In this document: in pieces, positions 10,239 to 18,115 of the stretch
How positions within the stretch are numbered: position 1 is the first letter of the stretch
How the letters are laid out: the number at the start of each line of letters is the position of its first letter
Assembly (NCBI GenBank): GCA_043827405.1
Contig: JBDRPD010000050.1
Location: forward strand, 156,891-220,890
Length of the DNA stretch: 64,000 nucleotides
Direction: 5' to 3'
Origin: Elusimicrobiota bacterium
Lineage (GTDB): Bacteria; Elusimicrobiota; Elusimicrobia; UBA1565
The notes under the pieces: model-generated
The model's input: only the letters and a program-made list of their open reading frames with translations
What the model was told of the DNA's origin: nothing
The model's database searches: none
Translations under genes and position numbers: made by a program

Positions 10239-10766
10239 ATGGACGCCGATGACCTTATCGATGAAATTAGAGGGAAAAAATCCGGAGAAGGCCAGGCACT
10301 CGCCAAGATGCAGGCAGACATTTCCGGCACTGACTACCTTGCCCTCTATCAATCCATCTTCTCACAATCAATCAAGGAAGACCTTTGGCGTCCCTATGGG
10401 ATTGGCCCAAGTGCATCATACGGTCTTCACAAATTGTTTTCCACCGGTTTTTTGAAGCCACCTCAGCGCTCACGACCTTCAACGCGACACGAGATTATCA
10501 GAGAACTTTTTTTCCTCCGACTCGCCATGAATCGCCAAACCAAACTGCTTTCTCAACTGGGCCCGACGATGGGGCGCGCAGATTTCCTTTTTTCGGCTCT
10601 GATGATTGCTGTGGCCACAGTGTTCTTCGTAATGGGCCTCGTCCAAGCGGCTTACCAACTCCAAGTAATCGGCATTACCATCTACTTGGTAACCGCATAC
10701 CACCTGATCCGCCTTATTTTCCGGGAACGCTCTGGAAACTGCTTCGATGGATTGGGAAACGATTAA
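10239..10766 (+). CDS. Hypothetical protein with two C-terminal TM helices
   Basis: GAGGA RBS and two hydrophobic segments. Confidence 0.55.
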   Translation: MDADDLIDEIRGKKSGEGQALAKMQADISGTDYLALYQSIFSQSIKEDLWRPYGIGPSASYGLHKLFSTGFLKPPQRSRPSTRHEIIRELFFLRLAMNRQTKLLSQLGPTMGRADFLFSALMIAVATVFFVMGLVQAAYQLQVIGITIYLVTAYHLIRLIFRERSGNCFDGLGND

Positions 10767-10992
10767 AGGCTTTCTTGCCGAATCCCCCAAAATCGGGGGG
10801 CTTGCTGTTGTTATGTGGTATGCAAATGATTATTGGAAGAATTACCTGCCAGTCCATCCAAATTCTAAGCTCTCCAACCCGGTTGTTTTTCTTGGGCTTC
10901 TTATCCTTGTAGCAGTCGGCTTTCTTGTTTGGGCCAAGAAGCAACGCCAAGACGCTGAACGAGACCGTCGTATTGATGGGCTCCGCCCGTAG
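10747..10992 (+). CDS. Small membrane protein
   Basis: Overlaps the upstream gene. Hydrophobic VVFLGLLILVAVGFLVW followed by basic residues. Confidence 0.5.
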   Translation: MDWETIKGFLAESPKIGGLAVVMWYANDYWKNYLPVHPNSKLSNPVVFLGLLILVAVGFLVWAKKQRQDAERDRRIDGLRP

Positions 10993-11303
10993 CCCATTTC
11001 TTCGCAATTTGAACCAGTCCATCTTGTTGATTCCCCGGCGGTTTCGGTTCGCGGGATCGCCGATCTCATGAGATTCGTCAAGGTCCATTTTGGGCGAAAG
11101 TGCCCCGGTGATGTGCGTGGTTAGTCGGGTCACCCCCATCAGAAACCTTAACGCCATGGATGATCGACTCGTGGGGAGCGCGGTCCTCGGTCCCAGCCCA
11201 GAGTGTCCTGTTCAGTGTCCTGTTTCGGTCAAAACAGGGTCTACGGCTGGCAACGATCGGCAAGAGGGGGGAAAGGGCTCCGTCGGGAAACGCAATAAAC
11301 CGA

Positions 11304-11376
11304 AAGTGTGGGCGGAAATCGAACCCGCTCGACGGGTTTTGCAGACTCGCCCCTTAAACCACTGGGGTATCGCACC
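11304..11376 (-). pseudogene. Degenerate tRNA-Cys(GCA)-like sequence, probable att remnant
   Basis: Minus strand reads GGTGCGATACCCCAGTGGTTTAAGGGGCGAGTCTGCAAAACCCGTCGAGCGGGTTCGATTTCCGCCCACACT. D and T arms fold, acceptor and anticodon stems have mismatches, no CCA. Confidence 0.6.
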
Positions 11377-11560
11377 AATAAGTTATTGTCATTGCCTTTT
11401 TGGGCCATCGGCGGCAACGGCTCGGCATCACTTGGATGTTCGCCTTCTTCGTCTCGGCACCTTTCGACGCGCCAGCTTATTCTTGGCCGCCGGAACCCGG
11501 GGGCTTCCGTTCGACCTGCTCAGGACTTCCAATCTCTCCTTTGCCCCGCACTTCCCGAGC

Positions 11561-12205
11561 TTACCTATTCGTACACAGAAAAATTCCAGCGTTGGCCAAC
11601 TCGAACAACAGCACCTCAAACCTGCACCCCGGCGGACTGATTCGGGTCTGCGACCTTAAGAATCCTGTTGGCGTACTTTCCCGAGGAGAGAGGGGCGTGC
11701 TCCCAATCACATCACGATCGAACTTCCTTCTCGAATACCTGCTCTTATGCGCGAGGGCATTTCTGATGATCGCCGATTTGTGAAGTATCGATTTGGACTC
11801 ATCGGGCAAAGACGTGAACGGGCGCCCCCCTGTGAAGAAAATCTTTGCCCTGCTTGCGGTGCGATCATACGGGAGCCAGTCTAAATAATTCTTCCCCGCA
11901 TATACGAACTCGCGTGCGACCGCATAAGACCTAAACTCAGTCCTCGGGCTGGCTTCCGGGTGGCCGAGTCCCCCGACAAGCAGGCCGAAGAACAAATCTT
12001 CGAGGAACGCCTCGAACATGGCAACCGAGGTGACAAACAAGCCTGCATATAACGCTTCAACATCTCGAACTCCGATTTGCCGCTGGGCCAGAAGTGCCTC
12101 GACCTTTAGCCGCGTCTTATCCAGCGAGCCCAGACGGCCAAAGAGGACCTTCCCGAGGTCTAATGCGTGCTTAGGCAAGCCCGCACTCTTTTTTGAGGTA
12201 GCCAA
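11561..12205 (-). CDS. HEPN-domain protein (MAE_28990/RiboL-PSP-like)
   Basis: AMFEAFLEDLF and IRNALAH motifs. Overlaps the DUF262 gene. Confidence 0.75.
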   Translation of the reverse strand: MATSKKSAGLPKHALDLGKVLFGRLGSLDKTRLKVEALLAQRQIGVRDVEALYAGLFVTSVAMFEAFLEDLFFGLLVGGLGHPEASPRTEFRSYAVAREFVYAGKNYLDWLPYDRTASRAKIFFTGGRPFTSLPDESKSILHKSAIIRNALAHKSRYSRRKFDRDVIGSTPLSPRESTPTGFLRSQTRISPPGCRFEVLLFELANAGIFLCTNR

Positions 12206-13244
12206 GCTGAATCTTCCGAGAGCTAATATGGGTGGTTCGTCTTGCGACGGCTTCCAAGACTTTCTCGCTCGCCGTTTGCTTGTCTAACTTATCGCCCGCC
12301 GCCTTTATCTTCGTGAACAGCGCCTTCTTAACTGGCCGCTCCTTCTTCCGCTTAAGCGATGATCCCAAGCCAAAGGCAACATCATAAATCAGCGCGAACA
12401 GAGGGTAGACCAGCGCCTTCTTTCTGAAGGGAAGAACCCGCATTTCTTCCCCAAACCCGTCATCAATATGTTGCATGACGATTTGGAACCGTCGGACCAC
12501 TTCCTTCCGATCAGCAAATTTTTCTTCGAAATCATCGTAGAGCTTATTGAGCTTGCCCTGAGTCTTTCCCACAACCCCTTTTAGCATTAGCTGGGCGAAC
12601 TCGCTCGCAAGCTCAACCTCATGCATCCTGGCGATGTCGTTCTCTGAAAATACATGCCAATTCCTCCACTGGGGCAAGAACTGGTACGCGAGGTCATACA
12701 TACAGGTCTTGAAGGAGCCGAACCACCCCGCATTCCTCAACTCCTGCTTATTGAGCTTCACACCTGTCGCATTCATGCGAGCAAAAATTGCCAAAACTTC
12801 ACGGTCATCAACATGAGCGGGCAGAACGTGCACGCTAAACTGGTAGTCCAATAGTGCCGATCTCACATCATCAGAGAGTTCTTTGAATGACCGCTTGGCC
12901 AACTCCGCATTGTGGTTCTTCTTGACGACAAAGGTATCCCGTTCTTTTTTAAAATCTGGCAAGGATTTCGGCGAGATAAATGAAATTAGCGTTCGGAGTC
13001 TCTGCTGTCCATCTACTACTTCCCGCCGAGGCTCCAGCGTCCTAGGATCGCTCTTTCTCTCGCGCAGGAAAATGATGGGGATGGGCAATCCTCGGGCAAC
13101 GGTATCAATGAGGTATGACTTGGCGGCAGGTGGCCAAATGGGCCGCCGCTGGAAACTTGGACTAAGCTCCAGCGACCCCGCCTTCTGCCATGAAATAAAA
13201 TCGCTAACCCGATATAGGGTTCTTGTCATTGATATTGTTCCCAT
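12171..13244 (-). CDS. DUF262 (GmrS/ParB-like) protein
   Basis: FQRRPIW, DGQQRL and FARMNATG motifs. Confidence 0.9.
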   Translation of the reverse strand: MGTISMTRTLYRVSDFISWQKAGSLELSPSFQRRPIWPPAAKSYLIDTVARGLPIPIIFLRERKSDPRTLEPRREVVDGQQRLRTLISFISPKSLPDFKKERDTFVVKKNHNAELAKRSFKELSDDVRSALLDYQFSVHVLPAHVDDREVLAIFARMNATGVKLNKQELRNAGWFGSFKTCMYDLAYQFLPQWRNWHVFSENDIARMHEVELASEFAQLMLKGVVGKTQGKLNKLYDDFEEKFADRKEVVRRFQIVMQHIDDGFGEEMRVLPFRKKALVYPLFALIYDVAFGLGSSLKRKKERPVKKALFTKIKAAGDKLDKQTASEKVLEAVARRTTHISSRKIQLGYLKKECGLA

Positions 13245-13479
13245 AACTGCCTCCTGGTCTTCCTATCCTTTGATGTTACTAAAGAGCCCTATGCCCCCAC
13301 AAAATAACGTCGGACGCAGGCCCTCCGATGATCCTATTTCGGAAAAGCTGTCCGCAACTCCCAGACAAGATTGCGCCCTTACTGCGACAGGTTGCCCCAC
13401 GGGGTTGGATTGTTCGTGTTGGAGGAGACGAGAACGCGGCGCCGGGCCGGAGGCGGGCACGACCTAGCGCGAACTCTGA

Positions 13480-14406
13480 TTAAGGCTCGGGACCAGAGCC
13501 CTCCTGCTTCTCTTGAAATTGGATGTTATATTTCTGAGTTGAAGCAGGAAGCCTCCCGTCTTTGATCAGCGTAGTGGCCTCAAAGAGAACGTCCTTCAGA
13601 GCCTCGTCCGCAGGGACGACATGCTTCTCGATCTTGAATGAATTGTCTGGAATACCCATCACAAAAATCCAGGGCCCAAAAAACAGATTTATGAGATAAG
13701 GGGGATGCTGTGAATCATCGCGCTCCCGCTCAAAGAGGATCAAAGTCGTTTTCGAAAATCCGCTCCCCGCATAAAATCCTCTAAGGAACGTGACAGGGAA
13801 TGGGCTTGCCCTGCCTGCGATCCAGTCGTTGATGTGCTGAAATTCTTTCAGGCGATCAGCGGGCATCAAGAACCACGCCATGCGGGCGAAAGCCTTGGCA
13901 ACACGGTAGAGAGAAAAGGGCCCTCGCGTGATAGAAAGCTCAAGCTGACTTTCACCGACCTCCCTAAGGGAGACAGACTCATCATTGGGGTCAAGGCTTA
14001 CCTCAACCTGGCTGGAGTCAGCCCCACTTTTCACGAACGACTTCCCGTCAGGTTTCTTATGCTTAACGTAGCTCTTTTTGCCCGTCCGAATTCTTCCGAC
14101 CGCCCTCTCCAGCGTCAGGTAGATCGCAAGTTCATTTTCCAGCGCAGAAGCCTTCTGATTGCACTCGTCACATTCCTCTAGGGAAACATGGGCCCTGTTC
14201 CCAAGGGCCTGGGGAATTATATGCGCCTCCTTCTTGAACGTAACGTCCGGCTCTCCCTTACCACAAAAGCGGCACTGACGAGGTGTCCTCCTCCCATGTG
14301 GGACGTTCTTCACGTTCTCATCAAGAACCGAGAAGGAAATGCCATCTATCGACTTATACACTGCGCCTCCCCATGTGGTGCAACGAATCCCGGCCCGGCG
14401 CACCAA
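13480..14406 (-). CDS. HNH endonuclease-domain protein
   Basis: CRFC...EAHIIPQALGN...ECDECN. Real start may be GTG at ~14361. Confidence 0.75.
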   Translation of the reverse strand: MVRRAGIRCTTWGGAVYKSIDGISFSVLDENVKNVPHGRRTPRQCRFCGKGEPDVTFKKEAHIIPQALGNRAHVSLEECDECNQKASALENELAIYLTLERAVGRIRTGKKSYVKHKKPDGKSFVKSGADSSQVEVSLDPNDESVSLREVGESQLELSITRGPFSLYRVAKAFARMAWFLMPADRLKEFQHINDWIAGRASPFPVTFLRGFYAGSGFSKTTLILFERERDDSQHPPYLINLFFGPWIFVMGIPDNSFKIEKHVVPADEALKDVLFEATTLIKDGRLPASTQKYNIQFQEKQEGSGPEP

Positions 14407-14420
14407 TCCCCGACGGGAGC

Positions 14421-14440
14421 TTGGTGCAATATTGGTGCAA
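14421..14440. repeat. Tandem TTGGTGCAA direct repeats, putative integrase arm-type sites
   Basis: Copies at 14421 and 14432, plus TGGTGCAA at 14376. About 100 bp from the tRNA 3' end. Confidence 0.5.
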
Positions 14441-14533
14441 CGAGCGGGTCAAAAAAGTGCAAAAAGGATCAAAATGGGACAAAGTCCCGCCCTGGTCCCT
14501 TTTGCATTTCTCGTCGGAAAAACCGACTTAAAG

Positions 14534-14608
14534 TGGTGGGCAGTACAGGTTTCGAACCTGTGACCTTTCGCGTGTGAGGCGAACGCTCTACCGCTGAGCT
14601 AACTGCCC
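14534..14608 (-). tRNA. tRNA-Val(CAC)
   Basis: GGGCAGTTAGCTCAGCGGTAGAGCGTTCGCCT-CAC-ACGCGAAAGGTCACAGGTTCGAAACCTGTACTGCCCACCA. Full cloverleaf with CCA. Confidence 0.97.
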
Positions 14609-14659
14609 TTATGTAGCAATTATATAACTTTCTTCCCTCTGCCTAAATCCCGAAACCCG

Positions 14660-14825
14660 GAACGTATCCAATTCGCATCCACTTAGAGACCCGATCAGAC
14701 AAGCTCCAGCAAACTCGCCAGAGGAAAAAATCAGATTTGCCGACGAGGAGCGATAACAAGCAATAACCAACAAAGTCAAAAATTCGAATTTTAAGCGAGT
14801 GCTCTACCACTCAGCTAATTGTCCC
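14660..14825. repeat. Diverged ~165-bp att-like unit, copy 1
   Basis: GAACGTATCCAATTCGCATCCAC...TCCAGCAAA...CGACGAGGA...tRNA 5'-half variant. Colinear with 17781-17947. Confidence 0.75.
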
Positions 14826-14828
14826 TGT

Positions 14829-15845
14829 TCACTCGGAGGCGGACATCAGGTCGCCGTCTTCGGCGGCGGCCCGGTGCTGATTCTTGCCGTTATGGGTGAC
14901 GCGCGAGAACTCCATGGGAATAGCGTCGCTCTTCTCCCACCCGCCACCGACGGGATAAGCGTCCGTGACGTGCATATGCAGGTGGGGCTCGGTGCTGTGG
15001 CCGGAGTTGCCGACCCGGCCGATCGACTGCTTGGCGCGAACGCGACCGCCCTTCGCGACGCCCAGCGTCCCGGGCTTGATGTGAGCGAACAGGATGAACG
15101 CGTCATCCGCGATCTTCACCACGGCATAGTTCCCGAGATATCCGTCGAAGGTCTTTCTCGGGATATTGTCGGGCTCGCCGTCGTGAGCATCGACGACCAC
15201 GCCGTCGGAGGGACAGCGGATCTCCTGGTCGTAGGCGAAAAAAGATCGATTGTCGGAGACATCGCCGTTATAGGTCTCACTGCCACGGACGATCACAAAA
15301 TCCATCGCATAGCGCTGCGCGCGTGATGATCGATGATGTGTTCCGCCCAAGAACCATTCGCCGGTCGCCGGAGTGAACGGGAAGTAGAACGGGTCCGCAA
15401 GAACGCGACTGGAATGAGGCGACGGAAAGGGGGACGCGCCCGGTCCGCTCTGTGCCTGCCCCTGCCCCGCGATGCGCCCGGAAGGCGTGAACCAGATTTC
15501 CAAGGCGAGATTGCCGACGGCCGTCTTCAATTCAAACCAATAGAGACCGGCCTTGCCCGGCATGACGGTCGCGGAATCCCGAACGAGTTCAAACGGGACG
15601 ACCGCCGCAACGGCGTTTTTGAACGCACTGCTCGAGATCTGGGCTTGAAACTTCTTCGTCAGCGTCCCGTACATCGCGTCGTACCGGCCTGCCTTCCAGT
15701 AAGCTAAATAGTCCGCCGCGCGCCGCCGGAGCAGTTCCTCGTCCACCGGCGCATTTACAGCCACCGCGCCCGAACCGACAGCCAGCGCGGCGGATGCGGA
15801 CAAGGAGGCGAGGGTCAGGCTAAGGAGAATCAGAGTAAATCGCAT
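14829..15845 (-). CDS. Exported M23-family metallopeptidase with N-terminal DUF3887-like domain
   Basis: Signal peptide. QRYAMDF, GNYAVV, FAHIK and GNSGHSTEPHLHMH motifs. Confidence 0.85.
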   Translation of the reverse strand: MRFTLILLSLTLASLSASAALAVGSGAVAVNAPVDEELLRRRAADYLAYWKAGRYDAMYGTLTKKFQAQISSSAFKNAVAAVVPFELVRDSATVMPGKAGLYWFELKTAVGNLALEIWFTPSGRIAGQGQAQSGPGASPFPSPHSSRVLADPFYFPFTPATGEWFLGGTHHRSSRAQRYAMDFVIVRGSETYNGDVSDNRSFFAYDQEIRCPSDGVVVDAHDGEPDNIPRKTFDGYLGNYAVVKIADDAFILFAHIKPGTLGVAKGGRVRAKQSIGRVGNSGHSTEPHLHMHVTDAYPVGGGWEKSDAIPMEFSRVTHNGKNQHRAAAEDGDLMSASE

Positions 15846-16081
15846 CGGTAGAGATATATTTTAGCACGGATCCTCAGGTCCTCCGCCTTCAAACTCTCTC
15901 CGATGGCGTGGCTCAGCGTCGTCTCTACCAGTGCCCGGGTCCCGTGCCCGAAAGCGCTTCACCGCCCCTCATTAACCTTCCGCTAGATTTCTCCCAGCTT
16001 GGCGAGAATAAAGAGAATCAGCACACGAATAGAAATCAAATAATACATGTAAAATAAATTACTATTTAGTATAATAGCTGC

Positions 16082-16119
16082 TTGATATATGTCACAGATA
16101 ACTATATAATAGTGTGACA
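16082..16119 (+). promoter_or_regulatory. Sigma70 promoter with overlapping inverted-repeat operator for abiE
   Basis: TTGATA-17bp-TATAAT (16082-16110). TGTCACA at 16090 and TGTGACA at 16113. Confidence 0.7.
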
Positions 16120-16120
16120 G

Positions 16121-16741
16121 ATGGGCGTGAAGCGAAAAAGCCTCCAAGAAAAGATCCTCGCAAAAGTCGTTCGTCGCGGCCGCGGGACCGTTTTCTTTGG
16201 TGAAGAATTTCTAGACATGGGACGGGCCGACGCCGTGCGCCAGGCGCTATCCCGCCTTGCCCGCGCGGGGACTATCCGAAGGATCACGACCGCGCTTTAC
16301 CACTACCCGGAATTCAACGATAAACTCGGGGGCGAATTGCCGCCCTCGGCCGACACGGTGGCACAAGCCATCGCCCGCCGCACGGACAGCAGAATCGTAG
16401 CTTCCGGCGCCTTAGCGGCGAATCTCCTCGGGCTTTCCACCCAAGTCCCCGCAAAGCGGGTCTATCTGACGAACGGCCCATCGAGGGATGTCTCCATCGG
16501 TTCCAATATTCTGAGCTTCCGTCATGCATCGCCGCGCCGAATGGCCGCCAATGGCAAGATCAGCGCCATAGTATTCGAGGCGTTTCGGTATCTTAAAAAA
16601 GAAAACGTAACCAATAACGTGGTAACACGGCTGCGGCGCATCCTTCCGCCTGCAGCCAAGGCCGAACTGCACCGCGATCTTCCACACGCGGCGGTCTGGA
16701 TGCGTCCTTTGATAGAGCGCATTACAGGAGACGAAATCTAA
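16121..16741 (+). CDS. abiEi: AbiEi antitoxin (DUF6088)
   Basis: VRQALSRL...ANLLGLSTQVP...YLTNGPSR. Confidence 0.9.
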   Translation: MGVKRKSLQEKILAKVVRRGRGTVFFGEEFLDMGRADAVRQALSRLARAGTIRRITTALYHYPEFNDKLGGELPPSADTVAQAIARRTDSRIVASGALAANLLGLSTQVPAKRVYLTNGPSRDVSIGSNILSFRHASPRRMAANGKISAIVFEAFRYLKKENVTNNVVTRLRRILPPAAKAELHRDLPHAAVWMRPLIERITGDEI

Positions 16742-16745
16742 GCGC

Positions 16746-17771
16746 ATGGATTCCGTCGCGAAGACGTCGGCACGGGAACGCGCTCAGCTATTCAAAGCTG
16801 CGGAAGCCAAGCACACACTTAAAATCGCGGCGCCGATCATCGAAAAGGACTTTTGGGTCTGTTGGAGCTTGCGCCGAATGTTCGAGGTTCTGCAATTCCG
16901 CCCTCAGTTGATCTTCAAAGGCGGCACGTCGCTTTCCAAGGTTTTCAATATCATCGAACGTTTTTCAGAGGATGTGGACCTGTCCTTGAGCCGGCGCGAC
17001 TTAGGGTTTGCTGACGACCGGGACCCGGAACAGACCGGCATCAGCAAAAATGAAGGGCGGCGCCGACTCGACGCCCTGGTGGAACAGTGCCGGCAGACCG
17101 TACGCGAGCGCCTGCTGCCGGAACTGCTCCGAGACTTTGCCGCAGTGCTCGGCGACTCCGGCTGGTCGGTCGAGTTGGACGCCGACGACCCGCAGACTTT
17201 GATCTTCTCGTACCCGACAAGCGATCTTTCCGCCGCGTTGCCGTACATCAAGCCGGCCATCCGTCTGGAAATGGGCGCTCGTTCCGACGATTGGCCGGCG
17301 ATCGACGCCGAGATAAAACCCTACGCCGCCGAGAATTTTTCGGAGATGTTCGCGCTGCCGACGTGCCGGGTACGAACGCTGAGCGCGGAGCGCACCTTCT
17401 GGGAAAAAGCGACGCTGCTCCACGCGGAGTATCATCGTCCGGAAGACAAGCAATCGCGGGAACGACTCTCAAGACACTACCACGATCTATACTGCCTTTC
17501 CCGTAACGAGCTTGGCCGCAAGGCGCTTGAAGACGGCAGCCTACTGGAGCGGGTCGTCCAACACAAACGCTTCTTCTTTGCCAGCGCCTGGGCTAATTAT
17601 GACACCGCAAAGCCGGGGACCTTCCACCTTCTCCCTACTGCGGCGCGAATGGACGCGCTGCGCAGAGACTACGACGCAATGCAACCGATGCTCTTCGGGC
17701 AATCGCCCAAGTGGGATGAGATCATCCGCGAGTTGAAGCAACTCGAAGTCTTAATTAACCGCCGCTCATAA
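16746..17771 (+). CDS. abiEii: AbiEii nucleotidyltransferase toxin
   Basis: EKDFWV, FKGGTSLSK, RFSEDVD, RTFWEK, SRHYHD. Confidence 0.93.
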   Translation: MDSVAKTSARERAQLFKAAEAKHTLKIAAPIIEKDFWVCWSLRRMFEVLQFRPQLIFKGGTSLSKVFNIIERFSEDVDLSLSRRDLGFADDRDPEQTGISKNEGRRRLDALVEQCRQTVRERLLPELLRDFAAVLGDSGWSVELDADDPQTLIFSYPTSDLSAALPYIKPAIRLEMGARSDDWPAIDAEIKPYAAENFSEMFALPTCRVRTLSAERTFWEKATLLHAEYHRPEDKQSRERLSRHYHDLYCLSRNELGRKALEDGSLLERVVQHKRFFFASAWANYDTAKPGTFHLLPTAARMDALRRDYDAMQPMLFGQSPKWDEIIRELKQLEVLINRRS

Positions 17772-17780
17772 CCGATTGGG

Positions 17781-17947
17781 GAACGTATCCAATTCGTATC
17801 CACTCCGCAACCGAATCAGGTGAGTTCCAGCAAAGTCGCGGAGTGGTAAAAATCGAGTTTCTCGACGAGGAACAAGATCGGGCAATCTCCAGCAACATTA
17901 AAAATCCCGCGTGTGAGGCGAACGCTCTACCGCTGAGCTAACTGCCC
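17781..17947. repeat. att-like unit, copy 2, ending in the tRNA-Val 5' half
   Basis: CGTATCCA tandem repeat followed by a 40-bp exact tRNA fragment. Confidence 0.8.
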
Positions 17948-18115
17948 GTATCGGTGTATTTTAGCAAACCTTCCCCCGGTCGGGAGCTTGCCCCGCCGCA
18001 AAGAACGCCGCCCCCCCATCCGGCCGATTGGCCCAAAAACGCCGGGAAAACAAGTCCTACCCGCTCTGGGCCGTTAGCCACTGTCGACAAAACGCCATTC
18101 CGCTATCCTAATAAT

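Larger units (their letters stand above)
14609..17947. mobile_element. Integrase-less islet on the 5' side of tRNA-Val
   Basis: 40-bp perfect direct repeat (14569-14608 = 17908-17947). Cargo is an M23 peptidase and AbiE. Confidence 0.8.

Noticed and set aside
15880..15960. Minus-strand peptide GHGTRALVETTLSHAIG resembling an IS5-type transposase C-terminal fragment
   Set aside because: About 20 aa with stops upstream and no terminal repeats. Needs BLASTX
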